The notes under the pieces were generated by a model. It had not been told where the DNA came from. It worked only from the letters and a program-made list of their open reading frames with translations, and made no database searches. Shown here piece by piece: positions 7,597 through 17,142 of a stretch of 21,126 nt of DNA. Source of the stretch: a candidate division WOR-3 bacterium (GTDB lineage Bacteria > Hydrothermota > Tepidihabitantia > Tepidihabitantales > DTDR01); contig JBDRVN010000028.1 in NCBI GenBank assembly GCA_039801885.1, positions 1 to 21,126 on the forward strand. Reading direction: 5' to 3'. Made by a program: the position numbers and the translations under genes. How positions within the stretch are numbered: the stretch's first letter is position 1; every line of letters begins with the position of its first letter.

Positions 7597-9198
7597 TTAA
7601 TATCTTTTGCGATAATCAAATATTGGCTCATTAGGGGCAAATTTTTTGGGAACTTTCAACAATCGGTTATCTAATAACTCACCAGTATAATATCCCGATT
7701 TCACCATACTTAACGAAAACATACTATATTTTTCATCAAATTTAATCTCACTTGTAGAAAAGAGCGAACCTTTTTTGTCCGGAAAATAATAAGCAATAGA
7801 AAGAGAAGAAGCATAAAAAACTATTTTATAAGGCAATTTTATCTTAACCATAACTGAATTATGCATCTTTTTCCTCTCTTCCTTATCACTTATCCAAACC
7901 TCTGGCAACTTCGGCACACTATCAGGAGCTTTAAATACTCCTAGCTCATCAAAAAAGTCTAATAAAATCCAATTAAATTTTTTAGCCGCTGCTTCAATAC
8001 TATCTCCATATTCAAAGGTTCTAAAGAAAATTGGGTCTGATAAAATAAATATCTCTCCATCAGCAAGTCTTATACCCCAACGATAAAAATTATAATTATA
8101 ATCTCCCTCCTTAGTCCTTTGCCATATCTCTAAGTATTCGCTTTTCTTTAAATCATTACCTTTTATAAATGAGTCGGTTTTAAATATCTCAATAAGTAAT
8201 TCACTATCGGAAATCACTAAAACCTTAAAAGGTGGTATATTCTCTGCCGAACCTTTAATAAGAAATCCCAAATTTTTCTTTGGGTCTATCTGTAAACAAC
8301 ATTCTCCCAAAGTTATATCTCTCCATCTTTCTCCTAAATCTTTAATTGGAAAATAAGGAATTATTAAAAATTTCCCAAGAGATTTTCCCGTGAATTCATT
8401 TTCTCCTTCTTTTTCCGAAATTACCGAAAAATAAGGCGGCGGAACAAAAACATTACTTGGAGTATATTTTCTACCTGTTTCGCCAATTATTTCCAAATTT
8501 TTTAAATCAAAAATATATGTCCATTCACTTGTTCTCCATTCATAAACCGTATAACAAAATATACTATCATTGAAACTTATACCTTTATCGTGCCCACACA
8601 TACCTTCCTCCTCTACCAAATATCTATCATCAGTACTAAGAAATTGTATCTTTTTTAATATATCTTCTTTTAATTGGCAAAGCCAAAAGGCATCAAGGGT
8701 TCTTTCATTTGATGGTTTCTGCAACCTTACTATCATTCGGTCACTGGTATCAAGCATCCAAAAATCTATTATCTCCCATCCTTTTTCGTAAGGGAAAAAG
8801 ATACCGGCAAATTTCTTTATTCCTTTTAATCTCTCAGGTATTTTACCCGTAATCTCATAAACAATTTCTTCCGAAGATGCTCCTTTTTTATCCTGAGTAT
8901 AAAAGGAAATTTTGCGAACTCCGCTACCCATTAAAACATAGGAAATATAAACCGTCTCTCCACTCGCATAAAAAGGTGTCTCTTTCCATACTTCTTTCCA
9001 TATTGCTTCTCCTCCTGTTATTATATTTTCTTTATAAAAATATTTAATACTATCACCATCTGGGTCAATAGCAAAAATTTTAAAATTACAAATCTCACCC
9101 ATATTGGCTACCTTCGGACCAAAAATTACAGGTTTACCCGGCGGAGAATTTCCTTTAATTACCCCCAGAAAAATAATTACCAAAAATATCTTTCTCAT
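7597..9198 (-). CDS. Secreted hypothetical protein with N-terminal PKD/Ig-like segment
   Basis: 533-aa ORF with signal-like N-terminus. 'NSPPGKPVIFGP...DPDGDSIKY' resembles PKD/Ig-like surface domains; the remainder is not recognised. Confidence 0.7.
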   Translation of the reverse strand: MRKIFLVIIFLGVIKGNSPPGKPVIFGPKVANMGEICNFKIFAIDPDGDSIKYFYKENIITGGEAIWKEVWKETPFYASGETVYISYVLMGSGVRKISFYTQDKKGASSEEIVYEITGKIPERLKGIKKFAGIFFPYEKGWEIIDFWMLDTSDRMIVRLQKPSNERTLDAFWLCQLKEDILKKIQFLSTDDRYLVEEEGMCGHDKGISFNDSIFCYTVYEWRTSEWTYIFDLKNLEIIGETGRKYTPSNVFVPPPYFSVISEKEGENEFTGKSLGKFLIIPYFPIKDLGERWRDITLGECCLQIDPKKNLGFLIKGSAENIPPFKVLVISDSELLIEIFKTDSFIKGNDLKKSEYLEIWQRTKEGDYNYNFYRWGIRLADGEIFILSDPIFFRTFEYGDSIEAAAKKFNWILLDFFDELGVFKAPDSVPKLPEVWISDKEERKKMHNSVMVKIKLPYKIVFYASSLSIAYYFPDKKGSLFSTSEIKFDEKYSMFSLSMVKSGYYTGELLDNRLLKVPKKFAPNEPIFDYRKRY

Positions 9199-9234
9199 AA
9201 AAGAATATTAATGAAAAATTGTTGAATGTCAAAT
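9187..9234 (-). repeat. Promoter-plus-start direct repeat, copy 2 (TTGACA-N16-TAATAT-N6-ATG)
   Basis: Matches 7536-7584. Confidence 0.8.
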
Positions 9235-9488
9235 CAAGAAAGTAAAGGTCTAAAGTAGATTCTTTTTAATTAAATTACCAAGATATTATTTAAACCTCTT
9301 TTTTATTATTGATAATATAGTAAAAAATGAAAAGGCTAATCTCTCTTATTTTTATAACTACTAATAATTTCTTAACCAACTATAGAGAAAAAATTAAAAT
9401 CAATAGATTATTCTTCTCTTATAATCCCTCTCTCCTTAAAAATGCTTTTTAAACTATTTATAAACCTACCTCAAAAGTGGTATATAAG

Positions 9489-9505
9489 GCAGTATAGTAG
9501 ATAGT
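9489..9505 (+). repeat. Dispersed intergenic motif GCAGTATAGTAGATAGT, copy B
   Basis: 17/17 match to the reverse complement of 4614-4630. Confidence 0.7.
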
Positions 9506-9570
9506 CCCCTATCCAAAAGGCTAAAGCAAGTTAAGTTCTTAAATTTCAATAACTTAAACAAAATTTTTGA

Positions 9571-9599
9571 TAAATAAAAAGTTTCCTTATAGGAAACTT
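9571..9599 (-). terminator. Intrinsic terminator of the acyl-CoA synthetase-tldD-pmbA unit
   Basis: Perfect 9-bp inverted repeat AAGTTTCCT-TAT-AGGAAACTT (9579-9599), 5 nt past the stop, followed by a T-rich tract on the minus strand. Confidence 0.7.
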
Positions 9600-9604
9600 G
9601 AAAA

Positions 9605-10918
9605 TTAGATACCCTTTGTAACTATCTTACATTTATCTAATACAATAGGTGGAAGATAATAATTACCTAAATCTTTAATTTCGCTACCGATTAAGATAAT
9701 TTTATTTAGATATTCATATAAATTTCCCGCAAACATACAATCTTTTATTCGACCGATAATTTCGCCATTCTCAATTTTAAATCCCAAGTTAATTACCCAA
9801 TTAAATTCACCCGCTAAAACATTTGATTGGCCAGCACCAAGCATATAATAAATAATTATTCCGTTATTTACATCTTTTATTATCTTTGTTAAGGGATAAT
9901 CGGAAGATGGCTCAACATAAATATTGGTGGCTTGAATTCTTGGCATATTCCCATAACTTCGGTCACTGTTACCTGTAGATTTCCGATTTAACTTCTGGGC
10001 AGTTACTAAATCAAAAAGGAAGTTAGAAAAAATACCATTTTCAATCACTTTTGTGCTTCTTCTTTTTATTCCATCGCCATCAAAAGGTGATGTGTTATAT
10101 CCAAAAGGATAGATCCCATCGTCAACAATATTTAAAAAAGTGGGCGCAATCTGTTTTCCTTCTTTATCAATTAAGGGAGTAGCATTCTTTTCTAATTGTT
10201 TACCATTAGCACCAACAAAAAGGATAGAGCAAAAATGAGCAGCTGGTATTGGCATTAAAATTACTTTATATTCACCGGTATTTATTTTTACTTTCTTCTT
10301 AGCAATCTTTATTAATTGGCAAAAATCTTCACTAACCCTTTTAAAATCTAATTCGGGATTCTCTGAAAGATTATAGAAATCAGAAAGCCAGGTAATCCCA
10401 TCTTCTAATACTAATAGTCCGTCAAAACCAAATCCCAAAATTATTTTCTCGTAAGAAGCATCAAAACCTTCGCTATTTGCCAATCGGACATATTGGTATT
10501 CTTTCTCAATAGAAAGGTCAATTTTTACTTCTGGTTCTTTTTCTTTGATTAAAGAAATTAACTCTTCAGCCATTGAACAGAGTTTCTCACTTTTTATTAA
10601 ACTCGTCTTATTAGAAATTGTCTTCACTTCCGGTAAATCTTTTTCCCAAGGTAATTTTATATTAACTTTTTCACCATAAAAAGAAAGGGTTAAAGCAGTA
10701 TCAACCAATTCTTTTAACTTAGAAAAATCGGAAGTGGAAGAAAAACCGATTCGGCCATCTTTAATCACTCTTAAACCAACTCCTCTTGTCTCTTTCTTTT
10801 CACAAGAATAAGGCTCATCACCACGATATTGAAAACTTTCTTGGTGTCCTTCTTCGTAAAATATATCGTAAATAATATTTTTATCTTTCAAAAGTCCTTT
10901 TAAATCTTCTATCACCAT
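9605..10918 (-). CDS. pmbA: TldE/PmbA family protein
   Basis: GVGLRVIKDGRIGFSST, PFDGDG, STGN, GFKIENGEI; lacks HExxxH; TAATG-coupled to tldD. Confidence 0.88.
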   Translation of the reverse strand: MVIEDLKGLLKDKNIIYDIFYEEGHQESFQYRGDEPYSCEKKETRGVGLRVIKDGRIGFSSTSDFSKLKELVDTALTLSFYGEKVNIKLPWEKDLPEVKTISNKTSLIKSEKLCSMAEELISLIKEKEPEVKIDLSIEKEYQYVRLANSEGFDASYEKIILGFGFDGLLVLEDGITWLSDFYNLSENPELDFKRVSEDFCQLIKIAKKKVKINTGEYKVILMPIPAAHFCSILFVGANGKQLEKNATPLIDKEGKQIAPTFLNIVDDGIYPFGYNTSPFDGDGIKRRSTKVIENGIFSNFLFDLVTAQKLNRKSTGNSDRSYGNMPRIQATNIYVEPSSDYPLTKIIKDVNNGIIIYYMLGAGQSNVLAGEFNWVINLGFKIENGEIIGRIKDCMFAGNLYEYLNKIILIGSEIKDLGNYYLPPIVLDKCKIVTKGI

Positions 10919-12285
10919 TATCTGCCTCCAATTATTACATTTTTTATTAATATGTGCGGTCCGCCATCACCAATCGGCAAAGGATATTGACTTCCTTTAC
11001 CACAACTGCCACCATGAATTTTTAAATCATTGCCAATCCCTTTGATGTTTTTTAATGTCTCAAAGACATTGCCACAGATAGTCACATCCCTGATCATTTT
11101 TCCTAACTTACCCTTTTTCACTTCGTAAGCATATTGGGAAGCAAAAGAGAAATTTTCCAATTCGGTTTGTCCACCGCGGGCACCGCAGACATATAAACCA
11201 TTATCCAAAAGAGAAAGAAGCTCTTCAAAACTTTTATCTCTTGGTTCAATATAAGTATTAGACATTCGGACAATTGGCGGATGACGATAAGAGATACTTC
11301 GGGCATTGCCGGTAAGTTCTTCACCCATTTTTGCCGAAGTCTCTTTGGAATGTAAATGACCAGCAATTTTTCCTTCTTTTAAAAGATAAGTTTTTTTTGC
11401 TTCCGTTCCTTCATCATCATAAAGATAACTTCCCCTCTCATTCGGTAATAAAGGATCGTCAATGATGGTTAATTCTTCAATACCATATTGATTATCAATT
11501 GTCATTAATTTCTTCAATTTTTCATTGGTATAAATATGGTCGGCTTCCGATAAATGACCAAAGGCTTCGTGGGCAAAAACACCGGCTAATCTCTGGTCAA
11601 TAATGACATCGTAAATACCGCCTACCACTGGTTCGGCAGAAAGCAAATCAACTACGATTTTCACTATTTTCTCAGCCTCTTCTTCTTTATTTTCTAAATC
11701 CTTTAACAACTCTTTTATAGAAACCTCACCTTCTAAAACTCGGGAACGACCCACTCCTATTCCGTAATCACAAATATTATTTCCATCGCGACTTACTGCT
11801 ACCAAATAGATAGTGTAATAAAAGATAGTATAATCAATCTTTCGGCCTTCTTTAGAATAAAAAATTTTTCTCACTAATCGGTCGTGATAAAGGGCATTAG
11901 TAGTAACAATCTTGGGATGAGAAAGTAAAATATTATTATACTTCCTTAATAAATCAAATTTATAATTTAATAATTCTTCCTGATCAATTATCTTATAAAT
12001 CCGTTTATCTTCCTTGGGGAAAAGAAAGGTTAAACTACCTTCTTTAGGTTTTAATAGTTCGGCATCTTTTAAAAGGTTATCAATATTTTCTTTATTAATC
12101 TGATTTTCGACATCATTGAAAGAACTGGAAAGCCAATTACCTTTTTTAAAAATCCGCAAGAAGCCGCCCCGTTCAAAATTTCTTTGAATAACTTCTAACT
12201 CTTTTCCTCGGAATTGAAGAGAAGTTGTCTCACTCTCTTCAATCCTTAAATCAAAATAATCTTTAACATAAGATAAATCGAGCAT
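10918..12285 (-). CDS. tldD: TldD metalloprotease
   Basis: HEAFGHLSEAD zinc motif, YDDEG, TGNAR, PIVRMSNTYIEP, C-terminal CGKGSQYPLP. Start moved from 12339 to ATG 12285 (or GTG 12288), behind SD AAGGAGGT at about 12296-12303. Confidence 0.92.
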   Translation of the reverse strand: MLDLSYVKDYFDLRIEESETTSLQFRGKELEVIQRNFERGGFLRIFKKGNWLSSSFNDVENQINKENIDNLLKDAELLKPKEGSLTFLFPKEDKRIYKIIDQEELLNYKFDLLRKYNNILLSHPKIVTTNALYHDRLVRKIFYSKEGRKIDYTIFYYTIYLVAVSRDGNNICDYGIGVGRSRVLEGEVSIKELLKDLENKEEEAEKIVKIVVDLLSAEPVVGGIYDVIIDQRLAGVFAHEAFGHLSEADHIYTNEKLKKLMTIDNQYGIEELTIIDDPLLPNERGSYLYDDEGTEAKKTYLLKEGKIAGHLHSKETSAKMGEELTGNARSISYRHPPIVRMSNTYIEPRDKSFEELLSLLDNGLYVCGARGGQTELENFSFASQYAYEVKKGKLGKMIRDVTICGNVFETLKNIKGIGNDLKIHGGSCGKGSQYPLPIGDGGPHILIKNVIIGGR

Positions 12286-14362
12286 CACAGGCATAACCTC
12301 CTTTATCTTTCTCATAAACAATAAAAGGGTTAATATCAATTTCTAAAAAATTATTAAATTCACAAACTAATTGAGAAAGTCTCATCAAAACTTCGGCAAT
12401 TTTATCTATTGAATAAATTTTACCCTTTCGGGCACCCTTTAATATTTGATAACCTTTAGTTTCTTCAATCATATGATAAGCAGAAAGTTCTCTTATTGGG
12501 CAAACGCGAAAAGAAACATCTTTAAAAACTTCTACATAAATTCCACCCATACCAAACATTACCACATTACCAAAAACCTTATCTTTTTTCGCACCAATAA
12601 TTGTTTCTACTCCTTCCTCCGCCATTTTCTGGCACAACACCCCTTCTATCTTAAAGCCTTTCTTTTTAATATTGTTTATCAATTTCTTATATTTTTCTTT
12701 CAACTCCTCTTCATCCTCAATATCAACAAAAATTCCACCTACTTCTGTTTTATGAAGTACCTCAAAAGAGACTATTTTTAGAACCACCGGATAAGTTAAA
12801 ATCTTTGCTTTTTCTATACATTCTTCTAAGGAATTCACAATAAAATAAGGCATTACCGGAATATTATAGGCTTTTAAAATCTCATAGCCATCCGGTTCCA
12901 AGATAAATTTTCTATCTTTATACTTTGTCAAAATCTCTGCTACTTTTTCTTTCCGTACATCTCCAAATTTTTTTATTTCTGTTAATTTTCTCTCTGTCCA
13001 TTCTTTAAATTTCACCATCAAAGATAAAGCATCGCAACCTTCTTCCGGAAAAGAATAATAAGGAATTTTTGCTTCCCATAAAATTTCAATAATTTCTTTT
13101 GGATTTTCTAATGTCAAAAGAGAAGCAAATATTGGTTTATTATAATGTAAAGCAATCTCACTAATCCTTTTCGCAATACTTTTAGTTTCTGCCATAATAC
13201 TTGGTGTCCAGTTAGCAACAACTCCATCAATATTTTCATCCTCTAAAATTGCCTTTAAAGATTGGATGTATCTTTCTTCATCGGCATCACCAACAACATC
13301 TAAAGGATTAGCAATATTTACTTGTGGTGGTAGAATCTTTTTTAATTTTTCTTCGGTATCTTTTGTAAATCTTGCCACTTCTAAACCTTTAAGAGCAGCC
13401 GCATCTGCTGCCATTACCCCGATTCCGCCAGCATTAGTGATGATTCCCACCCTTCTTCCTTTTGGTAATGATTGATAAGCAAAAGCCTTGGCATAATTAA
13501 ACAAATCTTCTATTTTATCAACCCTTAAAATTCCACATTGGTCTAAAAAGGCATTATAAATCTCATCGCTTCCTGCTAAGGCACCCGTATGAGAAGAAGC
13601 AGCCCTTTGACCAGCTTCCGTTCTTCCAGCCTTTATTGCTAATATTGGTTTTTTATAATTAGTGGTAATATCTCTTGTTATCTCTAAAAATTCTTTTGGT
13701 GAAGTTAGGTCTTCTAAGTATAACAAAATTACTTTTGTCTCTTCGTTTTCCTTTAAATACAGAAGTAAATCGTTTTCATTAATATCAGCCTTGTTACCAA
13801 AAGAAACAAATATTGAAAAACCAACCTCATAAGCCGATGCCAATTCCAGGGCAGCGGCGCCAACTGCACCACTTTGAGTTAAAAAACTAATATTTCCAAA
13901 ATTAGGCATCACTCTTCCAAAAGTAGTATTCAATCTTACTTTTGGTGAAGCATTAATAACTCCAAAACAATTGGGACCTAACAAGGGAATATTATATTCT
14001 TGAGCAATTCTCTTTATCTCCTCTTCCAAAAGAGCGCCTTTCTCACCAATTTCCCGAAAACCAGCAGATATCACTATAACACTCTTTACTCCTTTCTTAC
14101 CACAATCTTCCAAGACATTTTTCACATTAGAAGCCGGCACAATAATTATTCCTAAATCAATCTCATCGGTAATATCTAAAATAGAAGGATAAGTTTTTAC
14201 TCCCAAAACACTTTTCGCATTAGGATTTACTGGATAAACAACCCCGGTATAGCCCGAAAGTAATATATTAGAAAAAACCCTATTACCAATACTTCCTTTT
14301 TTTGTCGAAGCACCAATTACGGCAATTGTTTGAGGCGACAATAAAGAAGTTAAATTTTTCAT
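12263..14362 (-). CDS. ADP-forming acetate/acyl-CoA synthetase, fused alpha-beta (CoA-binding plus ATP-grasp)
   Basis: IAVIGAS, ISAGFRE, LGPNCFG, QSGA, phospho-His motif ASSHTGALAG, TNAGG, NPLD, VVLKIVS..HKTEVGG, FGMGGIYVE, EIDINP; no GNAT domain. Confidence 0.9.
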   Translation of the reverse strand: MKNLTSLLSPQTIAVIGASTKKGSIGNRVFSNILLSGYTGVVYPVNPNAKSVLGVKTYPSILDITDEIDLGIIIVPASNVKNVLEDCGKKGVKSVIVISAGFREIGEKGALLEEEIKRIAQEYNIPLLGPNCFGVINASPKVRLNTTFGRVMPNFGNISFLTQSGAVGAAALELASAYEVGFSIFVSFGNKADINENDLLLYLKENEETKVILLYLEDLTSPKEFLEITRDITTNYKKPILAIKAGRTEAGQRAASSHTGALAGSDEIYNAFLDQCGILRVDKIEDLFNYAKAFAYQSLPKGRRVGIITNAGGIGVMAADAAALKGLEVARFTKDTEEKLKKILPPQVNIANPLDVVGDADEERYIQSLKAILEDENIDGVVANWTPSIMAETKSIAKRISEIALHYNKPIFASLLTLENPKEIIEILWEAKIPYYSFPEEGCDALSLMVKFKEWTERKLTEIKKFGDVRKEKVAEILTKYKDRKFILEPDGYEILKAYNIPVMPYFIVNSLEECIEKAKILTYPVVLKIVSFEVLHKTEVGGIFVDIEDEEELKEKYKKLINNIKKKGFKIEGVLCQKMAEEGVETIIGAKKDKVFGNVVMFGMGGIYVEVFKDVSFRVCPIRELSAYHMIEETKGYQILKGARKGKIYSIDKIAEVLMRLSQLVCEFNNFLEIDINPFIVYEKDKGGYACDARFILC

Positions 14363-14368
14363 AAAAGA

Positions 14369-14396
14369 ATTTTAATAAAATATCCCTTAAAGTCAA
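14369..14396 (-). promoter_or_regulatory. Sigma70-like promoter of the acyl-CoA synthetase operon, probably leaderless
   Basis: TTGACT-N16-TAAAAT-N6-ATG(14362); no SD. Confidence 0.7.
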
Positions 14397-14473
14397 TTAA
14401 TCTTATTATCAAATATAATGTCAATATTTAAGTAAATAGCAAAATTTCCCTTAAAAAATCTATATTTTTTTTG

Positions 14474-14501
14474 TTGACAGAAAGGTAGTTTTACTTAAAA
14501 T
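14474..14501 (+). promoter_or_regulatory. Sigma70-like promoter of hup-mtnA, leadered
   Basis: TTGACA-N16-TAAAAT; SD AAGGAGG before ATG 14537. Confidence 0.7.
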
Positions 14502-14536
14502 ATTAGCAATGGGTATTTATCTAAAAAGGAGGAATT

Positions 14537-14809
14537 ATGAAGAAAGCTGAATTAATCGAGAAAATCGCCAAGGATGTTGGTCTAACAAAGAAACAGGCAA
14601 CTGCCTGTTTAGATTCTTTTATTGATGCGGTAAGATCGGTTGTTAAGAAAATGGACAAAATGGCAATCCCCGGCTTAGGAATATTTGGTGTTAGGAAAAC
14701 AAAAGCAAGAAAAGGAAGGAACCCCAAAACCGGTGAGATTATTGATATTCCGGCAAAGAAAAAAGTATATTTCCGGGCCGCCAAGCAACTTAAAGAACTT
14801 TTGAAGTAA
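14537..14809 (+). CDS. hup: DNA-binding protein HU
   Basis: MKKAELIEKIA...GLGIF...ARKGRNPKTGEIIDIPAKK.V.FRA; 90 aa; strong SD. Confidence 0.95.
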   Translation: MKKAELIEKIAKDVGLTKKQATACLDSFIDAVRSVVKKMDKMAIPGLGIFGVRKTKARKGRNPKTGEIIDIPAKKKVYFRAAKQLKELLK

Positions 14810-14823
14810 TAAGGAAAAGCCGG

Positions 14824-15870
14824 ATGGGGGTAAAAAATATTATCAAATTCCCTTATCCGGCTTTTTATCTTAAAAATAATTCCCTTTTTCTTTTAGACCA
14901 AACAAAATTACCAAACGAAATTAATTATATAGAAATAAAAGAACTATCTGATTTAATAAAGGCAATAAAAGAATTAAAAGTTCGGGGTGCACCTTTGATT
15001 GGAGTAGTTGCTGGTTATGGAGTTTATCTTTTATCCCAAAGAATTAAAGATAATTTAAAAGAAAACCTTCTTTTAGCAATTTCCCAATTAAAAAATACCC
15101 GACCAACCGCAAAAAATCTTTTTTATGTCTTAGAAAATTTAGAAAAAATTATAAAAAGTGAAAATAATGAAAAAAGAATAAAAGAAAAGATAAAGAAAAG
15201 GGCCCTTTATTTTCATAAAAAAGAGATAGATAACTGTTTAAAGATTGCTCAATATGGTGATAAATTAATTCCTCAAAAGGCAAAGATTTTAACAATCTGT
15301 AATACCGGCCATTTAGCAACAGGTGGTATTGGTACCGCTTTAGGTATAATTTTTTATTCGGCAAAAAAAGGAAAAGAAATTACCTGTTATATTTGTGAAA
15401 CAAGGCCTTTATGGCAAGGCGCCCGATTAACTAGTTTCGAGATTTTAAATTCTCCTTTTAAAAACATTAAGCCAATATTAATTACTGACAATATGGTAGG
15501 AGTGATAATGAAAGATATTGATTTAGTTTTAGTTGGTGCCGATCGGGTTGCTTTAAATGGTGATACTGCAAATAAGATTGGCACAAAGACCTTAGCAATC
15601 TGTGCAAAATATTATAAAAAACCTTTATATGTTGCTTGCCCGACTTCCACAATTGATAAAAATATAAAAACCGGTAAAGAGATAATAATTGAAGAGAGAA
15701 ATAAAGAAGAGATAATAAAAATTAATAATTATTATCTGGCGCCAAAAGAGATTGAATGTTATAATCCGGCCTTTGATGTTATTGAAAACAAATTGATTAG
15801 TGCAATTATTACCGAAAAAGGAATTATTTATCCGCCTTTTATGAATAGTATAAATAAAATATTCAAATAA
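14824..15870 (+). CDS. mtnA: S-methyl-5-thioribose-1-phosphate isomerase
   Basis: LLDQTKLP, VRGAPLIG, TRPTA, CNTGHLATGGIGTALG, ETRP..QGARLT, VGADR, NKIGT, NPAFDV. Confidence 0.93.
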   Translation: MGVKNIIKFPYPAFYLKNNSLFLLDQTKLPNEINYIEIKELSDLIKAIKELKVRGAPLIGVVAGYGVYLLSQRIKDNLKENLLLAISQLKNTRPTAKNLFYVLENLEKIIKSENNEKRIKEKIKKRALYFHKKEIDNCLKIAQYGDKLIPQKAKILTICNTGHLATGGIGTALGIIFYSAKKGKEITCYICETRPLWQGARLTSFEILNSPFKNIKPILITDNMVGVIMKDIDLVLVGADRVALNGDTANKIGTKTLAICAKYYKKPLYVACPTSTIDKNIKTGKEIIIEERNKEEIIKINNYYLAPKEIECYNPAFDVIENKLISAIITEKGIIYPPFMNSINKIFK

Positions 15871-15876
15871 AACTTA

Positions 15877-15904
15877 TTGACTATGTTAATTTTAATTTTA
15901 TAAT
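15877..15904 (+). promoter_or_regulatory. Sigma70-like promoter of the methyltransferase, very short leader
   Basis: TTGACT-N16-TATAAT-N10-ATG(15915). Confidence 0.7.
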
Positions 15905-15914
15905 TAATAATCTT

Positions 15915-17141
15915 ATGAAAATAAAAAAAGAAATCTTTTGGGCCTATTGGAGAGAGATTCCATTAAACAATAAAGACCTAACTTTATTAGACAATGTTCA
16001 ATTTATTTATGAATTGGCTTTGGCGCAACTTGAGCTTCATTCATTAGGGGTAAATTTTGAAATATCTAATGGGTTGAGAGATTTTAAATTATTAGAAATA
16101 AAAGATGAAGAAAAAGTTAGAAAAAGGTTGGCTTATTTTAAATTTGTAAAGGATAAACCAACCGATTATTTTAAAATTATTCAAAAAAATAGAACCCGCT
16201 CTGTTAATCAATATCTTACACATTGGATTTATCCCTATAAAGGAAAATTTCATCCGCAGATGATCAGAGCTCTTATGAATATTATTAGACTTGAAGAAGG
16301 AGCCGTAGTTCTTGATCCATTTATTGGCAGCGGAACCACTGCTGTAGAAGCACAACTCTTAGGAATAAATTGTGTAGGTATAGATATATCTCCCCTATGT
16401 GTGTTACAAAGCAAAGTAAAAACAGAATCAATAAATGTGTTATCTCAGATAATCGAATGGAAAAGGAAAATATTAACTACATCTTTTGATATTAAAAATC
16501 TTAATAACATAATAGACACTATTCCTAATGAAAATGTTAGAAATTTCTACAAAATGGTAAAACTTATAGCTATAAGTGATAATGCTCGCCGGGGGAAAAA
16601 TTTTTCTAATTCCTTTTTTAAAAATTTAGAATTAATGATTGCCTCTGTTTCAGATTATATTGAAATAACAGAAGAACTTAATTTAAAATTAGGAAAATTA
16701 GATATAAAAGAAGGAGATGCCAGAGCATTACCTTTAAAAAACGAAAGTGTTGATGGGATAATTACTTCGCCTCCTTACTCTATTGCTTTGGATTATGTAT
16801 CTAATGATGCCCATGCTCTTAAAGAACTGGGTTATAATCTTTTAGAAATTAGAGAAAAATTTATTGGGGTAAGAGGAAAGGGGAAACAAAGGATTGATTT
16901 TTACAATGAAGATATGAAAAAAAGTTTAGAGGAGATGTTCAGAGTTTTAAAACCTAAAAAGTATGCCGTTATTATTATTGGAAATGCAACCTACATAGGA
17001 AAGGAGATTAATACTATTGAGTTTGTGATAGATTATGCTGAGAAAATTGGTTTTAAATTGGTGAAAAATATTGATAAGATTATTTATGGACTTTATAATG
17101 TGATGCAAAAAGAAAACATTCTTATCTTTAGAAAGGAATAA
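15915..17141 (+). CDS. DNA amino-methyltransferase, probably N4-cytosine, alpha motif order
   Basis: THWIYPYKGKFHPQ, motif I VLDPFIGSGTT, GIDISP, later motif IV ITSPPY. Confidence 0.85.
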   Translation: MKIKKEIFWAYWREIPLNNKDLTLLDNVQFIYELALAQLELHSLGVNFEISNGLRDFKLLEIKDEEKVRKRLAYFKFVKDKPTDYFKIIQKNRTRSVNQYLTHWIYPYKGKFHPQMIRALMNIIRLEEGAVVLDPFIGSGTTAVEAQLLGINCVGIDISPLCVLQSKVKTESINVLSQIIEWKRKILTTSFDIKNLNNIIDTIPNENVRNFYKMVKLIAISDNARRGKNFSNSFFKNLELMIASVSDYIEITEELNLKLGKLDIKEGDARALPLKNESVDGIITSPPYSIALDYVSNDAHALKELGYNLLEIREKFIGVRGKGKQRIDFYNEDMKKSLEEMFRVLKPKKYAVIIIGNATYIGKEINTIEFVIDYAEKIGFKLVKNIDKIIYGLYNVMQKENILIFRKE

Positions 17142-17142
17142 T

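Noticed and set aside
9327..9452. 41-codon plus-strand ORF MKRLISLIFI...
   Set aside because: No SD or matching promoter; length is compatible with chance.
12286..12339. N-terminal extension of TldD in the ORF track
   Set aside because: Would overlap the synthetase by 77 nt; a strong SD supports a start at 12285-12288.
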